Assembly (NCBI RefSeq): GCF_003334785.1
Contig: NZ_QOWV01000008.1
From: Escherichia coli
GTDB lineage: Bacteria; Pseudomonadota; Gammaproteobacteria; Enterobacterales; Enterobacteriaceae
Direction: 5' to 3' (one strand)
Length of the DNA: 64,000 nucleotides
Shown here: positions 28,729 to 43,006 of the stretch, piece after piece
Layout of the letters: the number at the start of each line of letters is the position of its first letter
Numbering within the stretch: position 1 is the stretch's first letter
Program-made: the position numbers and the translations under genes
The notes under the pieces: generated by a model
Seen by the model: only the letters and a program-made list of their open reading frames with translations
Databases searched by the model: none
Told to the model about the DNA's origin: nothing

Positions 28729-29934
28729 ATGTTTCATCTCGATACTTTAGCAACGCTTGTTGCCGCAACGCTGACGTTGCTGCTCGGGCGTAAGTTGGTC
28801 CATTCCGTCTCCTTTTTGAAGAAATACACCATACCGGAACCTGTTGCGGGTGGTTTGTTGGTGGCGCTGGCGCTACTAGTACTGAAAAAAAGCATGGGCT
28901 GGGAAGTCAACTTTGATATGTCCCTGCGCGATCCGTTAATGCTGGCTTTCTTCGCCACCATTGGCCTGAACGCCAACATTGCCAGTTTGCGTGCCGGTGG
29001 GCGTGTGGTTGGCATCTTCTTGATTGTGGTTGTTGGTCTGTTGGTGATGCAAAATGCCATTGGCATTGGTATGGCTAGCCTGTTAGGGCTTGATCCGCTG
29101 ATGGGGCTGTTGGCCGGTTCTATTACGCTTTCCGGCGGTCACGGTACGGGCGCTGCGTGGAGTAAATTGTTCATTGAACGTTATGGCTTCACCAATGCGA
29201 CGGAAGTGGCGATGGCCTGTGCAACGTTCGGTCTGGTGCTGGGCGGCTTGATTGGCGGTCCGGTGGCGCGCTATCTGGTGAAACACTCCACCACGCCGAA
29301 CGGTATTCCGGATGACCAGGAAGTCCCGACGGCGTTTGAAAAGCCGGATGTGGGCCGCATGATCACCTCGTTGGTGCTGATTGAAACTATCGCGCTGATT
29401 GCTATCTGCCTGACGGTGGGGAAAATTGTTGCGCAACTTTTGGCTGGCACTGCTTTTGAACTGCCGACCTTCGTCTGTGTACTGTTTGTTGGCGTGATTC
29501 TGAGCAACGGTCTGTCAATAATGGGCTTTTACCGCGTCTTTGAGCGTGCGGTATCCGTGCTGGGTAACGTAAGCTTGTCGTTGTTCCTGGCGATGGCGTT
29601 GATGGGGCTGAAACTGTGGGAGCTGGCTTCGCTGGCGCTGCCGATGCTGGCGATTCTGGTGGTACAGACCATCTTCATGGCGTTGTATGCCATCTTCGTT
29701 ACCTGGCGCATGATGGGCAAAAACTACGATGCGGCAGTGCTGGCTGCGGGTCACTGTGGTTTTGGCCTCGGTGCAACGCCAACGGCAATCGCCAACATGC
29801 AGGCGATCACTGAACGCTTTGGCCCGTCGCACATGGCGTTTTTGGTGGTGCCGATGGTCGGTGCGTTCTTTATCGATATCGTCAATGCGCTGGTAATTAA
29901 GTTGTATTTGATGTTGCCGATTTTTGCCGGTTAA
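28729..29934 (+). CDS. gltS: sodium/glutamate symporter
   Basis: 401 aa, GltS-like membrane protein. Confidence 0.85.
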   Translation: MFHLDTLATLVAATLTLLLGRKLVHSVSFLKKYTIPEPVAGGLLVALALLVLKKSMGWEVNFDMSLRDPLMLAFFATIGLNANIASLRAGGRVVGIFLIVVVGLLVMQNAIGIGMASLLGLDPLMGLLAGSITLSGGHGTGAAWSKLFIERYGFTNATEVAMACATFGLVLGGLIGGPVARYLVKHSTTPNGIPDDQEVPTAFEKPDVGRMITSLVLIETIALIAICLTVGKIVAQLLAGTAFELPTFVCVLFVGVILSNGLSIMGFYRVFERAVSVLGNVSLSLFLAMALMGLKLWELASLALPMLAILVVQTIFMALYAIFVTWRMMGKNYDAAVLAAGHCGFGLGATPTAIANMQAITERFGPSHMAFLVVPMVGAFFIDIVNALVIKLYLMLPIFAG

Positions 29935-30099
29935 CCGATGAAGCGGCGGTAGAAGTGCCGCCGCAACAAAGACAAATGCCTGATACGCTTCGCTTATCAA
30001 GCCTGCGTATTGATTCATAATTTATTGAATTTGTAGGGTGAATCGCATCCGGCAGGAAGGTAGGGTAACCTGAAATGGCGGTCTTCTCACTGCCGCCTT

Positions 30100-32181
30100 T
30101 TACGCATTCGAGTAACGTTCTGTCTCCGGCATCCAGCGTTCTATCAAGGCTTTTGCCTGTTGTGGGTAACGTTCGTGAATATGTCGCGCCAGGCGCTGAA
30201 CTTCCGGGATCATCGCCTGATCGCGCAGTAAATCCGCCACTTTAAATTCAGCATTACCCGTCTGACGCGTGCCTAACAATTCGCCAGGGCCGCGAATCTC
30301 CAGATCTTTTTGCGCAATCACAAAACCGTCGTTACTGTCGCGCAGCACTTGCAGGCGAATTTGCGCCGTTTTAGAAAGCGGCGTTTTGTAGAGCAGCACG
30401 CAGTGAGAAGCCACCGCGCCACGACCTACGCGCCCGCGCAGCTGGTGTAACTGCGCCAGACCCAGACGCTCAGGGTTTTCGATAATCATCAGGCTGGCGT
30501 TAGGCACATCAACACCGACTTCAATAACGGTAGTGGCAACCAGCAGATGTAGCTCACCTTGTTTAAACGACGCCATCACCGCCTGTTTCTCGGCTGGTTT
30601 CATCCGCCCGTGTACCAGGCCAACATTCAATTCTGGTAGCGCCAGTTTCAACTCTTCCCAGGTAGCTTCCGCCGCCTGCGCTTCCAGTAACTCTGACTCT
30701 TCAATCAACGTACAAACCCAGTACGCCTGACGACCTTCAGTTATGCAGGCGTGGCGCACGCGGTCAATGATGTCGGTACGGCGGGTATCAGGAATAGCGA
30801 CCGTAGTCACTGGCGTGCGGCCTGGCGGCAGCTCATCTATCACCGAGGTATCGAGATCGGCATACGCCGTCATTGCCAGCGTGCGGGGGATCGGCGTGGC
30901 GGTCATGATCAACTGATGCGGATGGAAGCCCTGCTGCTGGCCTTTCTCCCACAATGCCAGACGCTGATGCACGCCAAAACGATGCTGTTCGTCGATAATC
31001 ACCAGCGCCAGGCCGTTAAACTGCACCTGTTCCTGGAAGATGGCGTGTGTACCGACAATCATCTGCACCTGACCGCTGGCGATGGCTTCCTGCTGAGACA
31101 GTCGCGCTTTGCCTTTCTGCTTACCGGCGAGCCAGCCCACTTTGATACCGAGCGGTGCAAACCAGTTGCGGAAGTTATTGGCGTGCTGCTCGGCGAGTAA
31201 TTCGGTTGGTGCCATCAGTGCCACCTGTTTGCCGTGGGCAATCGCACGCAGCGCGGCGAGGGCGGCGACCAGCGTTTTACCGGAACCTACATCGCCCTGT
31301 ACCAGGCGCATCATCGGCACATCCAGCGCCATATCATGCTCGATCTCCGCCACTACGCGTGCCTGTGCGCCCGTTGGCTTGAACGGTAAGGCGGCGAGGA
31401 GTTTATTTTTCAGCGTGTCATTGGCGCTCAGCGGCTGGGCATGAAAACGCTGTGCTCCGGCACGTAAGGCTAACATGCTGAGGTTGTGCGCCAGCAGTTC
31501 TTCCAGAATCAGACGACGTTGCGCCGGATGCTGCCCGGTTTCCAGATCGCTAAGCTGTAGCGTCGGTGGCGGGCGGTGCAAAGTGCGCAACGCTTCCGGT
31601 AGCGTCATCATTCCTTGTGACAGTTCCGGCGGCAGGAGTTCTTCAATGGCGCAGGTGTCGAGCAGATCCAGCGCCTGGTCGGTTAATTTACGCAGCGTGG
31701 CCTGCTTTACGCCTTCCGTTGTTGGATAAACCGGCGTGAGCGTTTCCTGTAATTCTGGCGTGCTGAGATCGCCCTGCACGCGGTATTCCGGGTGGATCAT
31801 CTCCGCACCATATTTACCGCGCTTTGCTTCGCCATAAGCCAGTACACGGCGGCCCGTCGCCAGGCTATTTTTCATTGCCGCGCTGAAATTGAAAAAGCGC
31901 ATGGTGAGGATGCCGGAACCGTCGCTGATCTGGCAGGTCATCATCCGCCGACCGCCGAAGGAGATATTGCAGTTCAGCACTTCGCCTTCCACCGTGGCAT
32001 AAACGCCCGGCAGTAGTTCTCCGATGGGGTAGAGATGGGTGCGATCTTCGTAGCGCAGGGGAAGGTGTAAGAGTAAATCCTGCACGGTATGCAGGTTGAT
32101 TTTCGCCAGTTTGTTACTAAGCGCTGCGCCAACGCCCGTTAGGGAACTGAGCGGGACAGTATCTAACAGGCGGCCTTTCAT
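30100..32181 (-). CDS. recG: ATP-dependent DNA helicase RecG
   Basis: 693 aa from MKGRLLDTVPLSSL; helicase motifs GDVGSGKT, DEQHRFG. Confidence 0.9.
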   Translation of the reverse strand: MKGRLLDTVPLSSLTGVGAALSNKLAKINLHTVQDLLLHLPLRYEDRTHLYPIGELLPGVYATVEGEVLNCNISFGGRRMMTCQISDGSGILTMRFFNFSAAMKNSLATGRRVLAYGEAKRGKYGAEMIHPEYRVQGDLSTPELQETLTPVYPTTEGVKQATLRKLTDQALDLLDTCAIEELLPPELSQGMMTLPEALRTLHRPPPTLQLSDLETGQHPAQRRLILEELLAHNLSMLALRAGAQRFHAQPLSANDTLKNKLLAALPFKPTGAQARVVAEIEHDMALDVPMMRLVQGDVGSGKTLVAALAALRAIAHGKQVALMAPTELLAEQHANNFRNWFAPLGIKVGWLAGKQKGKARLSQQEAIASGQVQMIVGTHAIFQEQVQFNGLALVIIDEQHRFGVHQRLALWEKGQQQGFHPHQLIMTATPIPRTLAMTAYADLDTSVIDELPPGRTPVTTVAIPDTRRTDIIDRVRHACITEGRQAYWVCTLIEESELLEAQAAEATWEELKLALPELNVGLVHGRMKPAEKQAVMASFKQGELHLLVATTVIEVGVDVPNASLMIIENPERLGLAQLHQLRGRVGRGAVASHCVLLYKTPLSKTAQIRLQVLRDSNDGFVIAQKDLEIRGPGELLGTRQTGNAEFKVADLLRDQAMIPEVQRLARHIHERYPQQAKALIERWMPETERYSNA

Positions 32182-32186
32182 GGCGC

Positions 32187-32876
32187 TTACCCTGCGGCCT
32201 GCATGGTGGACCACCAGTCAGCATCAGCTTCGATCTCGCCTTGCTGATTGACGTGGGGGTAAGGCAGGCCTTTGCGTTTTGCGACTTTCGCCAGCACCGG
32301 ATAGCCGCCTTCAAACAACAGGCGTTGTTGCTCTGCTTCCGGCAACATGCTGTTTTCACGCAGGTACATGCCTGCATTTTGCCGCTGACGCTGGGCTTCG
32401 TAAAGAATGAGGGCTGAGGCAACGGAAACATTCAGCGACTGCACCATGCCGATCATCGGAATGATGATGTCCTGATCCGCCAGGGCCAATGCTTCCTGCG
32501 TGATGCCCGTTTTCTCCTGTCCCATCAAAATGCAGGTCGGGCGAGTGTAATCAATTTCGCGGAAATCGACAGCATTATCAGAAAGATGGGTTGCCAGAAT
32601 CTGCATGCCCTGGCCTTTCAGATGAGCGACGGCATCGCCAATGGTGCGGTGTGTTTTCACCTGTACCCAGCTGTTACTACCCGCCGCTGCCGAAGCCATG
32701 GTGCGCATCCGGCTACCAGGCCAGACGGCGTGAACTTCATGTACGCCAACGGCATCTGCGGTACGAATAATCGCAGAAACGTTATGAGGTTTGTGGACCT
32801 GCTCCATGCAGACGGTCAGGTCAGGCTGCCGCCTGGCGAGCATTTCGCAGATGCGTGCATAACGTGTTGGGTTCAT
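32187..32876 (-). CDS. trmH: tRNA (Gm18) 2'-O-methyltransferase
   Basis: 229 aa SpoU-family methyltransferase, between spoT and recG. Confidence 0.85.
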   Translation of the reverse strand: MNPTRYARICEMLARRQPDLTVCMEQVHKPHNVSAIIRTADAVGVHEVHAVWPGSRMRTMASAAAGSNSWVQVKTHRTIGDAVAHLKGQGMQILATHLSDNAVDFREIDYTRPTCILMGQEKTGITQEALALADQDIIIPMIGMVQSLNVSVASALILYEAQRQRQNAGMYLRENSMLPEAEQQRLLFEGGYPVLAKVAKRKGLPYPHVNQQGEIEADADWWSTMQAAG

Positions 32877-32882
32877 AAAACA

Positions 32883-34991
32883 TTAATTTCGGTTTCGGGT
32901 GACTTTAATCACGTCTGGCATCACGCGGATTTTGCGCATGATATTCGCCAGATGCACACGGTCACGAGCGGTCAGACGAATAAAGGCGCTGTAGACGCGA
33001 CCATCTTTCTCTTCCGTATTCAAACTTTGAATATTCGAGGTCGTGGTGTTAATTGCCGCCGTCAGGTTTGCCAGCGCACCCTGATGATTGAACATCTCCA
33101 CCTTGATTTCGGTGATGAATTCCTGCGCCGTCTCTTTATCCCATTCCACAGCCATAAACTTCTCTGGCTCTTTCTGGTAGCCACGGATGTTACGGCAGGA
33201 TTCATGGTGGATCACCAGACCTTTACCGGGGCTGACGTGGGCGATAATCGGGTCGCCAGGAATAGGGCGGCAGCATTTCGCAAAGGTGATCAGCACGCCA
33301 TCGGCACCTTTAATTGGCAGATGTCCGTGACTTTGGGTTGCCGGTGGAATGGAGGCGTCCCCATGTTGTAGATTTTTCGCGACCACCACGCTCATTGCGT
33401 TACCAAGGCCGATTTCAGCCAGCAGATCGTCAAGCGTTGCCAGCTTCATGCGATCCAGCTCGCGCTGAATATTTTCCTGCGGGATTTCATTCAGCTTACG
33501 GCTACCACCCAAAGCATGGTTGAGCAGACGACGGCCCAGGCTTACAGAATCATCACGCTTGAGGTTTTTCAGCAACTGACGAATTTTGGCGCGCGCTTTT
33601 GAGCTAACGACAAAGTTCAGCCACGCGGCATTCGGGCGAGCGCCCGGTGCGGTAATGATTTCAACGGTTTGACCGCTGGTAAGCGGCTGCGACAGCGGGT
33701 AAGGCTGGCGGTCAACGCGTGCGCCCACGCAGGCATGACCGATATCGGTATGCACTGCATAAGCGAAGTCGACGGGCGTTGCACCGGCAGGCAGCTCGAC
33801 AATGCGCCCTTCCGGTGTGAAAACGTAAATCTCATCCGGGAAGAGATCGGATTTAACGCTCTCGATAAATTCAAACGAACTACCGGCGCTCTGTTGCAGC
33901 TCCAGCAGGCTTTGCATCCAGCGCTGGGCGCGGATTTGTGCGGTAGTACTGGTTTCGCCGTGCTCTTTATAAGCCCAGTGCGCGGCAACACCCATCTCCG
34001 CCATCTGATCCATATCTTCGGTACGGATCTGGACCTCAACCGGCACGCCGTGCGGGCCAATCATCGAGGTGTGCAAAGACTGATAGCCGTTCGCTTTTGG
34101 AATGGCGATATAGTCTTTCACGCGGCCCGGACGCGGCTTGTACAGGCTGTGCATCTGGCCCAGCACGCGATAACAGGTGTCAGAATCATTGACGATCACG
34201 CGGAAAGCGTAGATGTCCATGATTGAGTGAAAACGCTGCTCTTTGAGCACCATTTTGCAGTAAATCGAATAAAGATGCTTTTCGCGACCACTGACGCGGC
34301 ACGGTATTCCCGCTTCCTGCAAACGCCCTTCGATTTCAGAAAGAATCTTCTGGATCATCTCTTTACGGTTGCCGCGCGCGGCTTTCACCACTTCTTTGAT
34401 TACGCGATAACGGTTGGGATACAGCGCCTCAAAACCCAGCTCTTCGAGTTCGGTTTTAATGTGGTGGATACCTAAACGGTGCGCCAGCGGGCTGTAAATT
34501 TCGAGAGTTTCACGGGCGATGCGGCGACGTTTGTCCGGGCGAAGTGAGCCCAGCGTGCGCATGTTGTGGGTACGGTCGGCAAGTTTGATGAGGATGACGC
34601 GGATATCCTGCACCATCGCCATAATCATCTTGCGAAAGTTTTCGGCCTGCGCCTCTTTCTTATCGCGGAACTTGAGTTTATCAAGTTTCGACACCCCCTC
34701 TACCAGCTCGGCGACGCTTTTACCAAAAAGCTGTTCCATATCCTGGTAGGTGGCGGGAGTATCTTCAATCACGTCATGCAGCAGCGCCGCCATCAGCGTT
34801 TCATAGTCGAGTTTCATCTCGGCCAGAATGCAGGCAACCGCTACCGGGTGCGTGATATAGGGTTCACCGCTTGAACGTGTTTGCCCCTCGTGAGCATCAC
34901 GTGCAACGAGATACGCCTGCCGCAGACGCTTGATTTGGTCTTCCGGCAGGTAGGTTTGAATCAGTTGATTCAGGCTTTCAAACAGATACAA
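32883..34991 (-). CDS. spoT: bifunctional (p)ppGpp synthetase/hydrolase
   Basis: 702 aa; HD-domain motif and RelA/SpoT synthetase domain, ACT C-terminus. Confidence 0.9.
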   Translation of the reverse strand: MYLFESLNQLIQTYLPEDQIKRLRQAYLVARDAHEGQTRSSGEPYITHPVAVACILAEMKLDYETLMAALLHDVIEDTPATYQDMEQLFGKSVAELVEGVSKLDKLKFRDKKEAQAENFRKMIMAMVQDIRVILIKLADRTHNMRTLGSLRPDKRRRIARETLEIYSPLAHRLGIHHIKTELEELGFEALYPNRYRVIKEVVKAARGNRKEMIQKILSEIEGRLQEAGIPCRVSGREKHLYSIYCKMVLKEQRFHSIMDIYAFRVIVNDSDTCYRVLGQMHSLYKPRPGRVKDYIAIPKANGYQSLHTSMIGPHGVPVEVQIRTEDMDQMAEMGVAAHWAYKEHGETSTTAQIRAQRWMQSLLELQQSAGSSFEFIESVKSDLFPDEIYVFTPEGRIVELPAGATPVDFAYAVHTDIGHACVGARVDRQPYPLSQPLTSGQTVEIITAPGARPNAAWLNFVVSSKARAKIRQLLKNLKRDDSVSLGRRLLNHALGGSRKLNEIPQENIQRELDRMKLATLDDLLAEIGLGNAMSVVVAKNLQHGDASIPPATQSHGHLPIKGADGVLITFAKCCRPIPGDPIIAHVSPGKGLVIHHESCRNIRGYQKEPEKFMAVEWDKETAQEFITEIKVEMFNHQGALANLTAAINTTTSNIQSLNTEEKDGRVYSAFIRLTARDRVHLANIMRKIRVMPDVIKVTRNRN

Positions 34992-35009
34992 GGGCGACCC
35001 GCTTTGTGA

Positions 35010-35285
35010 TTAACGACGACCTTCAGCAATAGCGGTAACGGCTTGTAATTCAGCGGCTTCCTGCTCTTGCTGTTCCTGGCGTTCGCGAACGTCGAGGATC
35101 TGGTTGTTGATCAGACCTTCTTCGATTTCGCGCAGCGCGATTACAGTGGTTTTATCGTTTTCTTCCGGTACCAGCGGATCCTTTCCGCCTACCTGCATCT
35201 GACGAGCGCGACGCGCGGCGACCAGTACCAGGTCAAAACGGTTACCAATTTTCTCTACAGCGTCCTGAACAGTTACGCGTGCCAT
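35010..35285 (-). CDS. rpoZ: RNA polymerase omega subunit
   Basis: 91 aa, [29 protein letters not shown]. Confidence 0.9.
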
Positions 35286-35339
35286 ACTTAAAAAGCTCCA
35301 CAGGTGAAGAAATGACTGGGCATGATACTGAAATCAGGT

Positions 35340-38517
<3,178 letters not shown>

Positions 38518-38808
38518 GGTTCTCTCCCTAAAAATCTGTCTGGCAGGGTAGCGATTTGTGCGTATTGTCACGATTGAGATTTTTTAAGGTGAGAGGAAAT
38601 TGATAACTTGTAGTTATGTGAAATCGCTATTTTCTGTAGCGTAGATGCATTCTTCTGACTTCTTGTCTGAGAAAATGCATAAGAAAAAATAGGTTAAAAT
38701 TGAGGGGTGGAAAAGAAAGGTGCAATGTTTAGCCATTGTGTTCACCGCACCTGGACTTTGGCTTACGCATCGGGTATCTCAATCAACAAAAAGAGTTTTT
38801 AGTTTCTG

Positions 38809-39633
38809 CTATTTCTTCTCTGTAATTTTTACACTGTTTTCCAACTGCTTGATGCTGACCTGCGGGGTCGGCAACTCCTCAGGCATGGTTCCGCCAAGTT
38901 CCTGAATGGTTTGCATCACCTTGCTACCCACGTCAAAGTGTGTGGTATTAGCTTGCTGTTTTGAATTCACGCCATCCCGCTTGAGTTTTTCTTCTGTTTG
39001 GGTAGCTCGAAAGAGATTAGCCGCCAGTTCTGTTGAACCCATATGATCCAGGATCTTCTGATTCTTTTTCAGCCCCTTCCGCTGATGAATAGCTTTCTGA
39101 TCTAATCCACCATACAGCCCCTGGTAACCATGATTCTGAAATATGGCGAAATCAGTAGCTGTCGCTACCCCAGCTTGCTGTGCTGCCTCAACCAATTGTT
39201 TGTTATGTTCTTTCAACTCATTTCTCAGAAACAGACGCTTTTCGTCTTCACGAAGTTGCTTAAATGCTTCATCGTCAGCAAGCTCCTGCCGTCGGGTCTG
39301 GATAGCAAAATAAGTCTGCCCTGCCGCAATGACCGGTTTCGCAGGGTCGCCGTTTTGTACTACCAGGTAACAGGCATAGCGGGAGAGTACGATGTCTTTT
39401 AATGCTCTTTTGGCATTTGAGCCAATTTTGACCATATCGAGGATCTCCTCGAAATGGTCATCAATTGTGTGACCACTGTTCTCACAGGCTTCTTTGGCGC
39501 GCGTTAATACAGGTATAAAGTGACGATACTCTGAATAACCCAGTAGTTTCCCAAGTTGTCTTGCTGACCATTGTTCTGCTCCGTTTGCATTAATCAGTTT
39601 TATCTCTTCAAAAGGTTGATGATGTTCGTTCAT
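38809..39633 (-). CDS. dinD: DNA damage-inducible protein D
   Basis: 274 aa from MNEHHQPFEEIKLINANGAEQWSARQLGKLLGY. Confidence 0.8.
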   Translation of the reverse strand: MNEHHQPFEEIKLINANGAEQWSARQLGKLLGYSEYRHFIPVLTRAKEACENSGHTIDDHFEEILDMVKIGSNAKRALKDIVLSRYACYLVVQNGDPAKPVIAAGQTYFAIQTRRQELADDEAFKQLREDEKRLFLRNELKEHNKQLVEAAQQAGVATATDFAIFQNHGYQGLYGGLDQKAIHQRKGLKKNQKILDHMGSTELAANLFRATQTEEKLKRDGVNSKQQANTTHFDVGSKVMQTIQELGGTMPEELPTPQVSIKQLENSVKITEKK

Positions 39634-39678
39634 TGCCCACTCCATGTGATATCAATTGCAAAGAAAGTAAATCTGTAA

Positions 39679-39694
39679 CTGTATTTATATACAG
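39679..39694. promoter_or_regulatory. LexA (SOS) box upstream of dinD
   Basis: ctgtatttatatacag matches CTGT-N8-ACAG, ~45 bp upstream of the dinD start. Confidence 0.7.
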
Positions 39695-39854
39695 TTGTGA
39701 GTATCTCACGTTCTCAGTGTGCTGGGCAAAAAAACATCGCAAAATCTGGAGCAGGCACGAAAAACAGAATTGAAAGTTGCGGGGAAGAAAAATGCCGCTC
39801 TGTTTGAGTGGGCGGCATTTGTGAAGGCTGAAAAGTAAGAATTGGCGTTACGAG

Positions 39855-40718
39855 TTATTCAATATTCTGAATCTGCTCGCGCATCTGCTCAATCAACACT
39901 TTCAGCTCAATCGCGGAGTTTGTCACTTCGGCATTGATAGACTTCGACGCAAGAGTGTTCGACTCGCGGTTGAACTCCTGCATCATAAAGTCCAGACGAC
40001 GACCAACGGCTTCTTTTTTCTTCAGAATGTTGTAGGTCTCTTTGACATGCGCTTCGAGGCGGTCCAGTTCTTCGGCAACGTCAATTCGTTGTGCCAGCAG
40101 AACCAACTCCTGCTCCAGACGGTTGTTTTCCAACTGAACCTGAGCATCTTCCAGCTTCGCGACCAAGCGTTCACGCTGCCATTGCAGGATTTCCGGCATA
40201 TGGGAGCGGACTTTGACCACTTCGGCGGTGACGCCTTCCAGACGCTGCTCGATCAATGCTTTCAGTGCCTGACCTTCGGTTTCGCGCGCGACAATAAAGT
40301 CGTCCAGCGTACCATCCAGCGCCGCGAGAATTTCAGCGGCAATGGCGTCAAGATCCTGCTCCTGGGCTGCCATCACGCCCGGCCAGCGTAGAATATCAAC
40401 CGGGTTGATTTCCCCTTCGTCACTCTGCATTTTTACCCAGTTCGCGGCAGTTACCAGCTGTTTAGCCAGTTTTTCGTTGAGGATCAGCTCACCTTGCGCG
40501 CTAACATCTGGCTCATAGCGCAGGGTACATTCCACTTTACCGCGCGTCAGGCGAGAACGAATACGCTCGCGAACGACAGGTTCAAGGCTACGGAACTGCT
40601 CCGGCAGACGAAAGTAAGTTTCCAGATAACGCTGGTTTACCGAGCGCATTTCCCAGGTTGCGCTCCCCCATTCACCCTTGATTTCACGCCGGGCGTAGGC
40701 GGTCATACTGCGGATCAT
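39855..40718 (-). CDS. yicC: YicC-family stress-induced protein
   Basis: 287 aa, MIRSMTAYARREIKGEWGSATWEMRSVNQRYLE. Confidence 0.8.
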   Translation of the reverse strand: MIRSMTAYARREIKGEWGSATWEMRSVNQRYLETYFRLPEQFRSLEPVVRERIRSRLTRGKVECTLRYEPDVSAQGELILNEKLAKQLVTAANWVKMQSDEGEINPVDILRWPGVMAAQEQDLDAIAAEILAALDGTLDDFIVARETEGQALKALIEQRLEGVTAEVVKVRSHMPEILQWQRERLVAKLEDAQVQLENNRLEQELVLLAQRIDVAEELDRLEAHVKETYNILKKKEAVGRRLDFMMQEFNRESNTLASKSINAEVTNSAIELKVLIEQMREQIQNIE

Positions 40719-40844
40719 AGACGTTCCTGTTTATAAAAGGAGAGGTGGAAGGATTATAGCCATCGATGCCTTGTCAGGATAGGAATAACCGCCGGAAGTC
40801 CGTATAATGCGCAGCCACATTTGTTTCAAGCCGGAGATTTCAAT

Positions 40845-41561
40845 ATGCGTCCAGCAGGCCGTAGCAATAATCAGGTGCGTCCCGTTACCCTGACTCGTAA
40901 CTATACAAAACATGCAGAAGGCTCGGTGCTGGTCGAATTTGGCGATACCAAAGTGTTGTGTACCGCCTCTATTGAAGAAGGCGTGCCGCGCTTCCTGAAA
41001 GGTCAGGGCCAGGGCTGGATCACCGCAGAGTACGGCATGCTGCCACGTTCTACCCACACCCGTAACGCTCGTGAAGCGGCGAAAGGTAAGCAGGGTGGAC
41101 GCACAATGGAAATCCAGCGTCTGATCGCCCGTGCGCTTCGCGCGGCAGTAGATTTGAAAGCGCTGGGTGAGTTCACCATTACGCTGGACTGCGACGTGCT
41201 TCAGGCTGATGGTGGCACGCGTACCGCTTCGATTACGGGTGCCTGTGTGGCGCTGGCAGATGCGCTACAGAAGCTGGTGGAAAACGGCAAGCTGAAAACC
41301 AACCCGATGAAAGGGATGGTAGCCGCGGTTTCTGTCGGGATTGTGAACGGCGAAGCGGTTTGCGATCTGGAATACGTTGAAGACTCTGCCGCAGAGACCG
41401 ACATGAACGTAGTGATGACCGAAGACGGGCGCATCATTGAAGTGCAGGGGACGGCAGAAGGCGAGCCGTTCACCCATGAAGAGCTACTCACCTTGTTGGC
41501 GCTGGCCCGAGGGGGAATCGAATCCATTGTAGCGACGCAGAAGGCGGCGCTGGCAAACTGA
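40845..41561 (+). CDS. rph: ribonuclease PH, full length
   Basis: 238 aa from [14 protein letters not shown], ending ...ATQKAALAN. Confidence 0.9.
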   Translation: MRPAGRSNNQVRPVTLTRNYTKHAEGSVLVEFGDTKVLCTASIEEGVPRFLKGQGQGWITAEYGMLPRSTHTRNAREAAKGKQGGRTMEIQRLIARALRAAVDLKALGEFTITLDCDVLQADGGTRTASITGACVALADALQKLVENGKLKTNPMKGMVAAVSVGIVNGEAVCDLEYVEDSAAETDMNVVMTEDGRIIEVQGTAEGEPFTHEELLTLLALARGGIESIVATQKAALAN

Positions 41562-41568
41562 TTTTTAA

Positions 41569-41593
41569 GGCGACTGATGAGTCGCTTTTTTTT
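41569..41593 (+). terminator. rph terminator / pyrE attenuator
   Basis: Hairpin ggcgactgatgagtcgc followed by TTTTTTTT, between rph stop and pyrE start. Confidence 0.75.
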
Positions 41594-41625
41594 GTCTGTA
41601 GAAAAGTAAGATGAGGAGCGAAGGC

Positions 41626-42267
41626 ATGAAACCATATCAGCGCCAGTTTATTGAATTTGCGCTTAGCAAGCAGGTGTTAAAGTTTGGCGAGTTTACGCTG
41701 AAATCCGGGCGTAAAAGCCCCTATTTCTTCAACGCCGGGCTGTTTAATACCGGGCGCGACCTGGCACTGTTAGGCCGTTTTTACGCTGAAGCATTGGTGG
41801 ACTCCGGCATTGAGTTCGATCTGCTGTTTGGCCCTGCTTACAAAGGGATCCCGATTGCCACCACAACCGCCGTGGCGTTGGCGGAGCATCATGACCTGGA
41901 CCTGCCGTACTGCTTTAACCGCAAAGAGGCAAAAGACCACGGTGAAGGCGGCAATCTGGTTGGTAGCGCGTTACAAGGACGCGTAATGCTGGTAGATGAT
42001 GTGATCACCGCCGGAACGGCGATTCGTGAGTCGATGGAAATTATTCAGGCCAATGGCGCGACGCTTGCTGGCGTGTTGATTTCGCTCGATCGTCAGGAAC
42101 GGGGGCGCGGCGAGATTTCGGCGATTCAGGAAGTTGAGCGTGATTACAACTGCAAAGTGATCTCTATCATCACCCTGAAAGATCTGATTGCTTACCTGGA
42201 AGAGAAGCCGGAAATGGCGGAACATCTGGCGGCGGTTAAGGCCTATCGCGAAGAGTTTGGCGTTTAA
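41626..42267 (+). CDS. pyrE: orotate phosphoribosyltransferase
   Basis: 213 aa from [23 protein letters not shown]. Confidence 0.9.
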
Positions 42268-42303
42268 AGAAACTCGCCGGATGAAAATTCATCCGGCGTC
42301 ATA

Positions 42304-42900
42304 TTACTGCAACTGCGCGGCAATTAGCGGCCAGCGGGCGTCAAAATCATCCGTCGGGCGGTATTTAAATTCGCTGCGGACAAAACGTGACAGCATACCT
42401 TCACAGAAGGCCAGGATCTGGCTTGCCAGCAGGGTTTCATCGGTGGTGTAACCTTCACCCTCACGCATTCTCTTTTCACGCAATACCTGGCGCAGCTGCG
42501 CTTCAATACGCTCGAACAGCTGGTTGATGCGCCCTTGCAGGCGATCCTGTTCAAACATTAGCGCATGACCAGTGAGGATGCGGGTCAGGCCAGGATTACG
42601 CTCACCAAAACCGAGAAGCAGCAACACAATCAGACGCAGGCGCGCTGTGGTGTCTTTCTCATCTTTCAGAATCAGATTGATGCGAGTAATCAGGCTATCT
42701 TCGATAAACTCAATCAGGCTATCGAACATGCGGGTCTTACTGGGGAAGTGGCGATACAGTGCCGCTTCGGAAACGCCGACAGAGGCGGCCAGTTTTGCCG
42801 TCGTGATACGTTGGCTTCCATCGCTGGATTCCAGCATCAGCGCCAGAGACTGAAGTATTTCCTCGCGACGGTTCCTTTTCGCAGTTTGTTTTTCTGCCAT
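42304..42900 (-). CDS. slmA: nucleoid occlusion factor SlmA (TetR family)
   Basis: 198 aa from [24 protein letters not shown]. Confidence 0.85.
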
Positions 42901-43006
42901 GTTACAAAATACCCCTGAAAATAAGCACTTGCCAGGCGGCACCCACGCTATGACCGCAAACGAAATGTTTGCGGCTATGTTATGACGTTATTCGGATGCG
43001 TATGTG

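Noticed and set aside
29935-30099. Hairpins and a REP-like fragment between gltS and recG
   Set aside because: Stems are short and imperfect; consistent with ordinary intergenic terminator/REP debris, not reported as features.
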